Positions 10,807-20,232 of a stretch of DNA of 64,000 nt are shown piece by piece. Source of the DNA: a bacterium (GTDB taxonomy: Bacteria > Patescibacteriota > JABMPQ01 > JBDRIV01). Position numbers and translations under genes: made by a program. A model generated the notes under the pieces. That model made no database searches and was not told where the DNA came from. It saw nothing but the letters and a program-made list of their open reading frames with translations. How positions within the stretch are numbered: the stretch's first letter is position 1; every line of letters begins with the position of its first letter. The stretch is taken from contig JBDRIV010000002.1 in the NCBI GenBank assembly GCA_043815505.1, positions 116,784 to 180,783 of the forward strand, written 5' to 3'.

Positions 10807-11403
10807 CTAATTGTTAACAGATTTTTGGTATTTATTAAGGGGTTTATAGCTAAATCGATGAAAGGCCAGAGCGCCGTGTTTTTCTAGGGCTAATTGGTGT
10901 TCTTTTGTACCATAACCTTTATGATTTTTAAATCCGTAATGAGAATATTTATCCTCATAATTCAATATATAGTAATCCCGGAAAACCTTGGCAATTATTG
11001 AGGCGGCTGAAATTTCCTTTATTTTAGAATCACCACCAATAATGAATTCAAAATTTATTTTTGGATAGGTAATTTCCTTTATTTGTCTGCCATCAAAAAG
11101 CACACTATTTGGCTTAATAGAAAGCCTTTCAAGTGTTCTTCTAACTGCCAAGAAATAAGCTGTGTTTAAACCATATTTATCAATTTCGTATGCTTCTGCT
11201 ATTCCAATTGACCAATCATGAGCTGAAGCGACTATTCTGTCAAAAAGTTGTTCTCGCTTTCTGATTGAAAGAACTTTTGAATCAGTAATTCCAGAAATAT
11301 TTTTGTCTTTTAAAATAACACAACCAATAACCAGTGGCCCCGCCCAGGATCCTCTGCCAGCCTCATCCATACCGGCTATAAGTTTTGAATTTGAATTTTT
11401 CAT
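10807..11403 (-). CDS. rnhB: ribonuclease HII
   Basis: GMDEAGRGSWAGPLVIGCVIL catalytic motif at the N-terminus. Confidence 0.85.
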   Translation of the reverse strand: MKNSNSKLIAGMDEAGRGSWAGPLVIGCVILKDKNISGITDSKVLSIRKREQLFDRIVASAHDWSIGIAEAYEIDKYGLNTAYFLAVRRTLERLSIKPNSVLFDGRQIKEITYPKINFEFIIGGDSKIKEISAASIIAKVFRDYYILNYEDKYSHYGFKNHKGYGTKEHQLALEKHGALAFHRFSYKPLNKYQKSVNN

Positions 11404-11445
11404 AGTTTAATTTTATCATAAAAAACACAAATAAATGTGTTTTTT

Positions 11446-11521
11446 TGGTGGACCCAAGCGGGATCGAACCGCTGACCTCTCCCATGCCATGGGAGCGCTC
11501 TACCAGCTGAGCTATGGGCCC
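11446..11521 (-). tRNA. tRNA-Ala (anticodon GGC), CCA encoded
   Basis: Reverse complement folds as a cloverleaf: GGGCCCA acceptor with G3:U70, anticodon loop AUGGCAU, T-loop TTCGATC. Confidence 0.8.
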
Positions 11522-11769
11522 ACGTCGGAGTAATGCTCCTGCATTTGTAAATCCACTGTTGCGAATTTACTTCAACATACGCATTTCTTCTCTTTTCAGT
11601 CGAAATTCGTGATCGTCCCGCTTAGCGGGACTCTAATCCTAATTTCGAGTGTGTCTTTTTTATCTCTAATTATCTACGTGTTCGTACCACAAAGCGGTAA
11701 AACGTTTTTGAACTAATTAGCATTATCGACTGAAATTATTTATATACTAAAATATTGTGCAAGTCAATA

Positions 11770-11843
11770 TGCCCCCGGCAGGAGTCGAACCTGCGATATC
11801 CACGTTAGGAGTGTGGTGCTCTATCCAGCTGAGCTACGGGGGC
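11770..11843 (-). tRNA. tRNA-Arg (anticodon CCT)
   Basis: Reverse complement: GCCCCCG acceptor, D-arm GCTC/GAGC, anticodon loop CTCCTAA, T-arm GCAGG-TTCGACT-CCTGC. Confidence 0.75.
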
Positions 11844-11894
11844 TAGCTATAACTCATTGTATGAGAGAATGCTATTGTTGTAAATGAAATTATA

Positions 11895-13331
11895 GTGATA
11901 GAATTAAATTATATGGAACAAGCAGTAAACAATCTCTTGAAATTGAGTCTTTTTGTACTAGGAACAACAGCCTGGTTTTCACGCAGGCATATTTTTAATC
12001 TTGAAGATAATTTAGTAAATGGAAGATTTGTTGAATGGCTTAATGTCGCTTTATATTATGCTGATATACTAATAATAGTCATCGTCATATTGTATTTATT
12101 TAAGACACTATTCGAGCACAATAAGGTAGTTTGGCAAAATGCTATAATCTGGTCAGCTATAATTCTAATCTTATATATATGCTACCAGAATTATAATAGC
12201 GACCATAATAACATATATAGTAGTACAAAGATAATATTCTATATAATCTTCCTTTTTACTTTAATAAATGTTTCACGTGAAACAAAAAATAGGAAGGCAA
12301 TTATTTGGGGCATAATTTTTGGTGCTTTATTACAATCAATAATTGGAATTTTACAATTTGCTAACCAGTCTTCAATGAATCTTTGGATAATTGGTGAGCA
12401 AGCATTATCAACTGAAATACAAAATGTTGCAGAGATAGGAATTGATGGAATATACTATTTACGATCTTATGGGACACTTCTACATCCAAATGTATTAGGT
12501 GGATTATTGGTAGTATCAATCATATACTTGCTAACATGTTTTATGAAAGATAATGTTTCACGTGAAACAAATTTGAAAGATAATGTTTCACGTGAAACAA
12601 TGTGGAATAAAATAATGTTTCACGTGAAACAAAATAAATCAATTTTGATACTAATTTACGGAATTCTTTTTAGTTCACTTATATTTACCTTTTCGAGATC
12701 AGCGTGGTTAGCATTGCTATTAACAACAGCTATTTATACCTTTACTGTTGCAATAAATAGAAAAATGTTTCACGTGAAACATTTGATATATGTTGCGGTA
12801 ATATCTTTTATATTATTAATATTACTAAACAATTTTGTTTTCACTCGACTGGAACAAAATATTAACATTACAGAAAATGAAAGCGTAAGAGTAAATGATA
12901 TTCAAAAATTTAGTGATGGATTTAAGAATAATGTTTGGTTCGGTACCGGATTTGGAAATTACATAGAAAAACTAAGCTCTAATAATCCAGAGATGGAATG
13001 GTGGAAGCTTCAACCAATTCACAACTCATATTTGCTTATTATAGTTGAAATGGGAATAATTGGTTCTATAATAGTATTCGGACTTCTAATATCAATATTT
13101 CTTATAACGTTAATTGTTTCACGTGAAACAATTAGTAATAAAAATGTTTCACGTGAAACATATACAAGAAATATTCTAAATTTATTACCCTTACTAGCAT
13201 TATTAGTAATAATGATTTTTGATCATTATCCGTGGTCATTAGATCAGGGTAATATCTTATTATTTATTGTGATAGCCTTATCAATTACCAGAAATTACAA
13301 GGAACTTGACAATAAGCTTAATAATATGTAA
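11895..13331 (+). CDS. O-antigen ligase/polymerase (Wzy_C-like) family membrane protein interrupted in-frame by seven palindromic repeats
   Basis: Multi-TM protein with an FSRSAWLALLLT motif and a WFGTGFGNY motif. Contains seven copies of TGTTTCACGTGAAACA, encoding NVSRET or MFHVK(H/Q). Confidence 0.7.
   Translation: MIELNYMEQAVNNLLKLSLFVLGTTAWFSRRHIFNLEDNLVNGRFVEWLNVALYYADILIIVIVILYLFKTLFEHNKVVWQNAIIWSAIILILYICYQNYNSDHNNIYSSTKIIFYIIFLFTLINVSRETKNRKAIIWGIIFGALLQSIIGILQFANQSSMNLWIIGEQALSTEIQNVAEIGIDGIYYLRSYGTLLHPNVLGGLLVVSIIYLLTCFMKDNVSRETNLKDNVSRETMWNKIMFHVKQNKSILILIYGILFSSLIFTFSRSAWLALLLTTAIYTFTVAINRKMFHVKHLIYVAVISFILLILLNNFVFTRLEQNINITENESVRVNDIQKFSDGFKNNVWFGTGFGNYIEKLSSNNPEMEWWKLQPIHNSYLLIIVEMGIIGSIIVFGLLISIFLITLIVSRETISNKNVSRETYTRNILNLLPLLALLVIMIFDHYPWSLDQGNILLFIVIALSITRNYKELDNKLNNM
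12269..13160. repeat. Seven dispersed copies of the perfect 16-bp palindrome TGTTTCACGTGAAACA (12269, 12554, 12584, 12616, 12766, 13115, 13145), including a 30-bp tandem duplication at 12545-12604
   Basis: Read directly in the sequence. A degenerate eighth copy, TTTTCACGTGAAACA, lies at 19340-19354. Confidence 0.9.
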
Positions 13332-13375
13332 AGTCCATTAATGACATACCACGTCATTTTTGTTATTATGTCAAT

Positions 13376-16069
13376 ATGATTATAGAAATCCCCTACAATT
13401 TAAAGAAGGAAGATGTCCTTAAAAAGTTAGGATCAAGTTTTAATAGTGGTTTAAAAAATAATCAGGTCGTTGAAAGAAGAAAAAAATATAGTTCTAATAT
13501 GTTGCCTGAAGAAAAAAAGAAATCAAAACTGATTCTATTTTTGGGCCAGTTCAATAATATTTTTACGTACTTTCTTTTTGGAGCGGCCCTAGTTTCATTT
13601 TGGTTGGGTGAAAAACTGGACGTAGCTGTTATATTGGCAGTAGTATTTATAAATGTAATAATAGGATATTTTCAGGAAAACAAAGCACGAGAAACAATTA
13701 AGGAATTAAAAAAGATAATTAGAATAAAAGCCAAAGTTGTAAGAGAAGCAATTGTATCGGAAATTGATGCCGAAGATTTAGTACCAGGAGATTTAATTTT
13801 ATTAGATGCGGGAGACAAGGTGCCGGCTGACATAAGATTGATAAAAACAAATAACTTTCAGACCAAGGAACACGTGTTAACAGGAGAATCAAATCCAATT
13901 AACAAAAATGAAGAAGAGGTTTTAGAAAAGCAAACTCCTCTCGGTGACAGAATTAACATGGCTTATACAGGAACGGTAGTTACAAGTGGATCGGCTAAAG
14001 CAGTCGTTGTTGCAACCGGAAAATATACCGAGTTTGGAAAAATAGCTACGCTTGTAAAAGAGGCTGAGGAAGAACAAACGCCACTTAAAAGAAGAATTTC
14101 TAAAATGTCATATTGGTTAGGAGGAATTGCCCTTATTGCTTGTCTAATAATATTTCTAATTGGAGTTGTAATGGGTAGATCGGTGGGAGAGATGTTTATT
14201 TTTGCTGTTACCATTGCGGTGTCGGCAATACCTGAGGGCATGGTGGTAATGGTTACAATTATATTAACCATTGGCATGAGAAGAATTTTGAAAAGGCAGG
14301 CAGTGGTTAGAGAATTAATTGCCGCCGAAACTTTGGGAAGTACCACTGTAATTTGTACAGACAAAACAGGCACCATTACAACCGGAGAAATGGAAGCTGA
14401 AATTATTGACACGATAACTGAAGAATATAAGGTCACAGACCTATCCCCTTTAGTTAGCCAAGATGTAGCTCTGACCAATGTGATGTTAAGTTCTGTTTTA
14501 TGCAATGACGCAAAAATAGAAAATCCTAAAGAGGAACCTACGAGCTGGAATTTAATTGGTGAAGCCACAGACGTAGCGTTAATAGAAATGGCCAGTCGCG
14601 CCGGCGTTTATAAAAACGAATTGGAAAATAAATATTTGCGTCGTGACATTGTGCCCTTTGATTCGGATGTGAAATACATGGCCACTCTAAATTGCTCAGA
14701 AGAAAATAAGGAGTGTAAAATATTTGTAAAAGGAAGTGTTGAGGTTTTGCTAAAATATTCTCACTATGTTTATCAGGATGATCGCCGCCAGATTTTAGAT
14801 GGAAAAACAGCTGATAAAATTATAAAAGAAGTTAACGAGCTGAGTGGAAAAGGATATCGCGTTATTGGGACGGCTTATAAAACAGTGTCCACTGACGATA
14901 ATATTAACTTAGAAAAAGAATCTAGACGTAATTTAATTTTCACAGGTTTTATTGGAATCAGAGATCCGATTCGTCCGCAAATTAAAAATGTTATAAAGAA
15001 AACCCTAAGTGCTGGTATTAAAATTAAAATGATAACAGGTGATCACAAACTAACCGCTCTCTCTATTGCTGAAGATATTGGTTTAGATGTAAAGTCAGAC
15101 GAAGTGATTACCGGTGAAGAATTTGAAACTTTGTCTACAACTGATTTGGAAAGTTTGGTACCGCGAGCAAAAATATTTGCTCGCGTTACTCCCAAACATA
15201 AATTACAAATTGTAGATATTTTACAGCGCGCAGGAGAAATTGTGGCCATGACAGGTGATGGAGTTAATGACACGCCGGCTTTAAAAGCGGCTGACATTGG
15301 TGTGGCGATGGGTTCTGGTTCCGAGGTGGCCAAAGAAACTTCCGATATAATTTTGCTTGATAATAATTTTAAAACCATTTCCGCCGCCGTCGAGGAAGGT
15401 AGATTAATTTTTGATAATTTAAAAAAGAATATTTTATATTTGTTGTCCGATTCATTAAGTGAAATTATTTTAGTTTTGAGTACTTTGCTTTTAGCATTGC
15501 CGGTACCAATTCTACCGGCTCAAATTCTGTGGATAAATTTAGTTGCTGATGGAGCACCTGGAGTGGCCTTGGCCTTTGAGCCAGCCGATAAAGATATTAT
15601 GAATAGAAAACCACAAGAGAAGGATTCTCCAATAGTTACCTTTGAAATGAAGCTTTTAATTATAGTTATTGGCTTAATTACGGGATTTGGTGTATTGGGA
15701 ATATTTTGGTGGTTGCTCAAAGATGGCTATAGCATTGAACATGCGCGAACAGTGGCATTTACGGCTCTTAGTATAGACTCACTTATATATGTATTTAGTT
15801 GTCGAACTTTAAGATATTCCATATTTCAGAAGAATATGTTCTCTAATAAGTATTTAATTTGGACAGTTCTTGGTGGTATTGGCTTACAATTTTTGGCCGT
15901 TTATCTTCCTCAGTTTCAGGCTGTTTTTCATACCGTGCCATTAAATTTATTGGATTGGGGCATAATAGCTGCTGTAGCGGTTGTAGTAATTCTCTCGATT
16001 GAAATCATCAAACACTATTTTATTATAAAAAAAACAGAGTCTTTACCAGCGACTTCTGATGCGGTATAA
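13376..16069 (+). CDS. P-type cation-transporting ATPase (type II, Ca2+/Mg2+-like)
   Basis: Phosphorylation motif CTDKTGTITT, TGES motif, hinge motif MTGDGVNDTPALKAADIGVAMG, about 10 TM segments. Confidence 0.9.
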   Translation: MIIEIPYNLKKEDVLKKLGSSFNSGLKNNQVVERRKKYSSNMLPEEKKKSKLILFLGQFNNIFTYFLFGAALVSFWLGEKLDVAVILAVVFINVIIGYFQENKARETIKELKKIIRIKAKVVREAIVSEIDAEDLVPGDLILLDAGDKVPADIRLIKTNNFQTKEHVLTGESNPINKNEEEVLEKQTPLGDRINMAYTGTVVTSGSAKAVVVATGKYTEFGKIATLVKEAEEEQTPLKRRISKMSYWLGGIALIACLIIFLIGVVMGRSVGEMFIFAVTIAVSAIPEGMVVMVTIILTIGMRRILKRQAVVRELIAAETLGSTTVICTDKTGTITTGEMEAEIIDTITEEYKVTDLSPLVSQDVALTNVMLSSVLCNDAKIENPKEEPTSWNLIGEATDVALIEMASRAGVYKNELENKYLRRDIVPFDSDVKYMATLNCSEENKECKIFVKGSVEVLLKYSHYVYQDDRRQILDGKTADKIIKEVNELSGKGYRVIGTAYKTVSTDDNINLEKESRRNLIFTGFIGIRDPIRPQIKNVIKKTLSAGIKIKMITGDHKLTALSIAEDIGLDVKSDEVITGEEFETLSTTDLESLVPRAKIFARVTPKHKLQIVDILQRAGEIVAMTGDGVNDTPALKAADIGVAMGSGSEVAKETSDIILLDNNFKTISAAVEEGRLIFDNLKKNILYLLSDSLSEIILVLSTLLLALPVPILPAQILWINLVADGAPGVALAFEPADKDIMNRKPQEKDSPIVTFEMKLLIIVIGLITGFGVLGIFWWLLKDGYSIEHARTVAFTALSIDSLIYVFSCRTLRYSIFQKNMFSNKYLIWTVLGGIGLQFLAVYLPQFQAVFHTVPLNLLDWGIIAAVAVVVILSIEIIKHYFIIKKTESLPATSDAV

Positions 16070-16091
16070 TTCAGACAGATGAATTAACATT

Positions 16092-16589
16092 ATGAATCAA
16101 ACGATTTTAATTTATATCGCTTTAGGTGTAGGAGTAATAGTTTTACTATGGCAAGTTTATTTGACCATAGTTTTATTTAGGTACCAAGGGCAAAGAAAAA
16201 ATTTAATAGCTGGAGTTAAGGGTGAAGGAGTTGAAAAATATTTGGAAAAACAAGCGAAAGATATTAGAAAAGCTCAAGCCGGAGTGGGAGATTTACAGGA
16301 TGTGGGTAAGCGACTTAGTCGTGTGGTTAGTCGTAGTGTTACCAAGGTGGGAGTAATTAGATTCAATCCTTTTGGTGATACTGGCGGTAATCAAAGTTTT
16401 GCTGTGGCTTTTTTGGATTCTAAGAATAATGGTGTGGTGTTGTCCAGTTTATATGGACGTGATGGCACTAGAATTTATTGTAAAGAAATTCGCGGTGGAA
16501 TTTCTGAACATCCTTTATCTGAAGAAGAACAAAATTGCATTATGCAAGCTCAACAAAATTCAACTAACAAAGAAGAATCTAATTCTTAA
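16092..16589 (+). CDS. DUF4446 family protein
   Basis: N-terminal TM segment; IRFNPFGDTGGNQSFAVAFLD...GVVLSSLYGRDGTRIY resembles DUF4446. Confidence 0.5.
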   Translation: MNQTILIYIALGVGVIVLLWQVYLTIVLFRYQGQRKNLIAGVKGEGVEKYLEKQAKDIRKAQAGVGDLQDVGKRLSRVVSRSVTKVGVIRFNPFGDTGGNQSFAVAFLDSKNNGVVLSSLYGRDGTRIYCKEIRGGISEHPLSEEEQNCIMQAQQNSTNKEESNS

Positions 16590-16600
16590 ATAACATTATT

Positions 16601-17047
16601 ATGGCTATGTTCAATAATCAAAACGAAGAAGATCAAAACACAACCAAAACAGAAGAAAGCAACGAAACAGTTGTTGGTAATTCTGTAAAATTAGAAGGAG
16701 AATTTGCTAGCCAAGGCAATATAACTATTCATGGTGAAGTAGTAGGAAAAGTCGTTACCGAACGAGAAGTTCATATTGGTGACACAGCAGTTGTTAAGGC
16801 TGATGTTGAAGCGGAAAATATTTTTGTGTCAGGAAAAGTAAATGGTAATTTGCATGCTCGCGATCGTTTAGAAATAAAAAACACCGGTAAGGTAAAAGGT
16901 GATATTCAAGCCAAAAACTTAACCATTTCTTCAGGTGCAGTCTTTTCTGGTAACTGTTCAATGGAAAAAGAAGTTGAGAAAAAAGAAGTAAAAGAAGCAA
17001 AAGTTACAGACAAAGTTAAGGCTAAAGAAAATCAGCCGGTTGCTTAA
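16601..17047 (+). CDS. bactofilin family cytoskeletal protein
   Basis: Repetitive beta-helical bactofilin core (G.V.G.V....V.I...A.V.G.I.A). Confidence 0.65.
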   Translation: MAMFNNQNEEDQNTTKTEESNETVVGNSVKLEGEFASQGNITIHGEVVGKVVTEREVHIGDTAVVKADVEAENIFVSGKVNGNLHARDRLEIKNTGKVKGDIQAKNLTISSGAVFSGNCSMEKEVEKKEVKEAKVTDKVKAKENQPVA

Positions 17048-17083
17048 TAAACCGTTTTAAAATATTAAATATTTAAAACGGCA

Positions 17084-17944
17084 ATGTATTTTTTCATCTA
17101 CGAAAATATTGGCAACAAAAGAAAGTTTCGTAAAGAAGCTGATAGAATCCAATTACAGCTGGCTAATTTTGGAATTGCTGATGAACATACCGAAAGCACT
17201 CCCTTACGTCCTATTAACGAAATCGTTAAAGATGCGCTGAAACGCAATATGAGTAATATTATTATGGTTGGGAGTGATAAGGCGGCGCATATAACAATAA
17301 ATGAGATGGCAAAAAGTAAAACGCCGTCTTGTTTTGGTTTTATCCCCATGGATACCGATAGTAACATTGCCAAAGTACTTGGTATGTCCCATGGTCATAA
17401 AGCTTGTCAGGATATTGCTAAAAGAAAAATTAAAGATGTGGATCTAGGAAAAGTGGGACAAGAGTATTTTTTAACTACCCTAAGGCTGAATGCGGGTGAA
17501 GAAGAAACAGAAATTAGGGGAATGTTTAACAGAAAAGCAATGCCGTTGCCAAAATCTTGTACTATTAAAGTCCCTTTCAAAAAACAAGCGATTATGACCA
17601 TTCCACTGCGCGAAGCCATGGTGGTCAATATTTCGCCTTATCACAAAGCAGGAGAATTAAAAATTGCTTCCGAGCAATCAGCAAAAATAAATCCTACTGA
17701 CGGTCGTCTAGATTTCTTTTTCTTGCCTTCTGGGGAAAATGATCCCGATGTTTTTAAAGAATTTCGTCAAGGAAGTTTTACGAGTACAAATATTTCCTAT
17801 TTTAATCGGGAAACTTTAAATATAAATACCAACGACAAAGTTCAGCTAGTAGCAGACGGTACAAAAATAAAACAGTTTCCAATTAATATAGAAACTGTTA
17901 CAGGTGCCTTACGTGTAATCGTTGGCTCTAATCGGATGTTTTAA
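17084..17944 (+). CDS. diacylglycerol-kinase catalytic-domain (YegS/BmrU-like) lipid kinase, degenerate motifs
   Basis: IIMVGSDKAAH (a degenerate GGDGT motif) and GFIPMDTDSNIAKVLG (PlGTgN-like). Confidence 0.45.
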   Translation: MYFFIYENIGNKRKFRKEADRIQLQLANFGIADEHTESTPLRPINEIVKDALKRNMSNIIMVGSDKAAHITINEMAKSKTPSCFGFIPMDTDSNIAKVLGMSHGHKACQDIAKRKIKDVDLGKVGQEYFLTTLRLNAGEEETEIRGMFNRKAMPLPKSCTIKVPFKKQAIMTIPLREAMVVNISPYHKAGELKIASEQSAKINPTDGRLDFFFLPSGENDPDVFKEFRQGSFTSTNISYFNRETLNINTNDKVQLVADGTKIKQFPINIETVTGALRVIVGSNRMF

Positions 17945-18307
17945 ACTCGTTCTTTTTATTTTTTGGAGGAGAAAAATGACTTCTTTATCATCCTTTTTCA
18001 TGTTAAAAAGACCTAAATGTGCAGCTTTTTTAAGCAGAAAACCACGAAAATGTGAAATACTACCTGGGTCAAAACGATCATCACTAGATAACCCACAGTT
18101 CACAGGGATGTTTACAGATGAGCCCCCCCTTAATTTTCTTTGTCGAGATATTATGTGGATACACAGTGAATTGATCTCGGATCCAAGAAAATATTTTGAG
18201 GATATAGGTAAGGGTATGAAAGAAAGTGACTTTTGTTTAGATTCATGTAGATCTTTAAGGCACAGTACTGGTGAAGATGGTTATTAGTTCTATTCAAAAA
18301 TTATCAT

Positions 18308-19156
18308 TTAGGCCTGCAAACGCGGGTCTTTTTTTATCCTAATATATTTCCTGGTCAAAGATTCCCATTCTGGCCAAGTGAGAGTTTCTGCTCGGCGCGT
18401 TTTATCAATTGCGCTAATTTTTAATAGTTGGATAATTTTATCTTTTTCCCATTTTAATCCCGACTCCAAATTGTTGTGAATCTGTTTACGTTTAGCAGCA
18501 AAAGCAATTTTAGCTAGATGGAAAAAATCTGCAATTAAAGTTTCTGCAATTAGTGGTGTTTGACGCAGTTTTAGTAAAATTACAGCTGAATCAACTTTAG
18601 GGGCGGGATAAAATGCTTCACTTGGCACAACAGAAATTATTTTTGTCTCAGCGTAAAGTTGAACTGAGAGTGTTAGCAAACTAACATTAGGAGCTTCAGC
18701 AGTAAGTCGGTCGGCAATTTCCTTTTGGACTAAAAACGCCATTAATTCCGGTCGGGTTTTATTTTCTAAAAAGAATTTGAAAAGATGCGAAGTTAAATAG
18801 TAAGGAATATTGGCGACAACTTTATATTTATTATTTTCAAAATATTTGGCTAAATCAAGCCGTAAAATATCTGCTTTAAGAATCTCAATATTTTCTTGTT
18901 GATATTTATTTTGCAAATAGGAAATTAATTTATCATCAACTTCACAAGCTAAAACTTTTCTTGCTTGCTCAACTAGTTTTTCGGTTAAAGCGCCCAGCCC
19001 AGGGCCAATTTCTAAAACCTTATCTTTTTTGGAAAGGGAAGCTGCTCCAACTAAATCGCTAACAACTTTATCGGAAATTAAAAAATGCTGACCTCGTTTT
19101 TTTAGAGGCGCAGTATCAAGTGATTTTATAATTTGTTTCAATTTCTCTTTATTCAT
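18308..19156 (-). CDS. rsmA: 16S rRNA (adenine1518/1519-N6)-dimethyltransferase
   Basis: GQHFL..., the EIGPGLGALT SAM motif, and NIPY. Confidence 0.85.
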   Translation of the reverse strand: MNKEKLKQIIKSLDTAPLKKRGQHFLISDKVVSDLVGAASLSKKDKVLEIGPGLGALTEKLVEQARKVLACEVDDKLISYLQNKYQQENIEILKADILRLDLAKYFENNKYKVVANIPYYLTSHLFKFFLENKTRPELMAFLVQKEIADRLTAEAPNVSLLTLSVQLYAETKIISVVPSEAFYPAPKVDSAVILLKLRQTPLIAETLIADFFHLAKIAFAAKRKQIHNNLESGLKWEKDKIIQLLKISAIDKTRRAETLTWPEWESLTRKYIRIKKDPRLQA

Positions 19157-19164
19157 AAAATATT

Positions 19165-20211
19165 TTATAAAACTCTTTGGTACATATAGTCTGCCAACTC
19201 AACATAGAAGTCTTGGCTGTTTTTGGTAAAGTTTGATTTCTTAATAATCTCTCTGGCTTCACCTGTAATTTGGGCAATACTTGAAGTCATCTGTTTATCA
19301 ATATTTTTTGCCTTAGCCAAAGTTGTTACTTTGACCATTTTTTCACGTGAAACATTAGCTTGGCCAAAATCACTCATATCCTTTTTATCCAGTTCTGAAA
19401 ATAAAACTTTAACCAAGGGCGTTAATTTGCCTTCTTTAAAATCAGAGCCTACTGGTTTACCAAGAGTTTTTTCGTCACCAAAAAATCCTAACAGATCATC
19501 TTGCATTTGAAATGCTTCACCAATGAGAGTGGCATAACTGGCCAGGATTTCTAGGTTTGTTTTTTCGGTACGTGCCAAAATTGCTCCCGAAATTATGGGG
19601 CTAAGAGTTGTATAGCCAGTAGTTTTAAGTTTCACAATTGTTTCAGTGGGAACATTAGTTAAATTCTTTTCGTTTGAATAATGAATATCAATAAATTGAC
19701 CGATGCCGGTATCAAACAAACGATTTTGAATATAAGTTAAAGCCGGAACTTTTATTTCGTCTTCAAAATCACAATTTAAAATTACTGACATGGCCAGATG
19801 AGAAAGAAGGTCACCGGCCAGTAAGGCTACTTTGTAACCGTATTGCTTAGCTCTTTTTTCCTCGTAAACCACGTGAACTGTTTTTTCGCCGCGCCTTATT
19901 TCATCTAAATCAATTATATCGTCGTGAATTAAAAGGGCGGCGTGAGCCAGTTCTAAACCGGCGGCAAAATCTAAAATAGCTTTTTTATTTTCACCACCAA
20001 AAAATTCATAAGTGGCAATTAAAAGAGAGGCCCGAAAGCGTTTGCCGCCTCTGCTTACCAAATTGCAAGCTTCAGCAAACAAATCTTTCACATTTTCGTC
20101 ATAAGAATCATAGGTTTTTGAAGCTTCATTTATAATGCTGTTCAAATGGGAATTAACCAAATTCTGGTGTTTGGTTAAGGTTGTTTGAAAAATGTTTTTG
20201 CTACTCATCAT
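19165..20211 (-). CDS. polyprenyl (isoprenyl) diphosphate synthase
   Basis: First aspartate-rich motif LIHDDIIDLDEIRRG and second motif FQMQDDLLGFFGD. Start set at MMSSKN to remove the overlap with the divergent gene. Confidence 0.8.
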   Translation of the reverse strand: MMSSKNIFQTTLTKHQNLVNSHLNSIINEASKTYDSYDENVKDLFAEACNLVSRGGKRFRASLLIATYEFFGGENKKAILDFAAGLELAHAALLIHDDIIDLDEIRRGEKTVHVVYEEKRAKQYGYKVALLAGDLLSHLAMSVILNCDFEDEIKVPALTYIQNRLFDTGIGQFIDIHYSNEKNLTNVPTETIVKLKTTGYTTLSPIISGAILARTEKTNLEILASYATLIGEAFQMQDDLLGFFGDEKTLGKPVGSDFKEGKLTPLVKVLFSELDKKDMSDFGQANVSREKMVKVTTLAKAKNIDKQMTSSIAQITGEAREIIKKSNFTKNSQDFYVELADYMYQRVL

Positions 20212-20232
20212 AAATTCTAGTAGAATAAGATT

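Noticed and set aside
11522-11769. ncRNA between tRNA-Ala and tRNA-Arg(CCT)
   Set aside because: It contains the hairpin GTCCCGC-TTA-GCGGGAC flanked by TCGAAATT/AATTTCGA, but is otherwise AT-rich with no conserved motif. It is likely spacer or processing structure.
13963-14568. Antisense ORFs of 100-254 aa embedded in strongly supported genes, for example 13963-14568 in the ATPase, 38834-39214 in pnp, 51251-52015 in the beta-helix gene, 46705-47094 in the recombinase, 35625-36038, 57639-58418 and 4275-4463
   Set aside because: They lie fully inside genes with clear family motifs on the opposite strand, have low-complexity composition and no RBS. They are typical shadow ORFs.
17922-18287. 121-aa ORF between convergent genes
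   Set aside because: Cys/Arg-rich atypical composition, no SD, and an overlapping antisense ORF of similar quality. Not called as a CDS.
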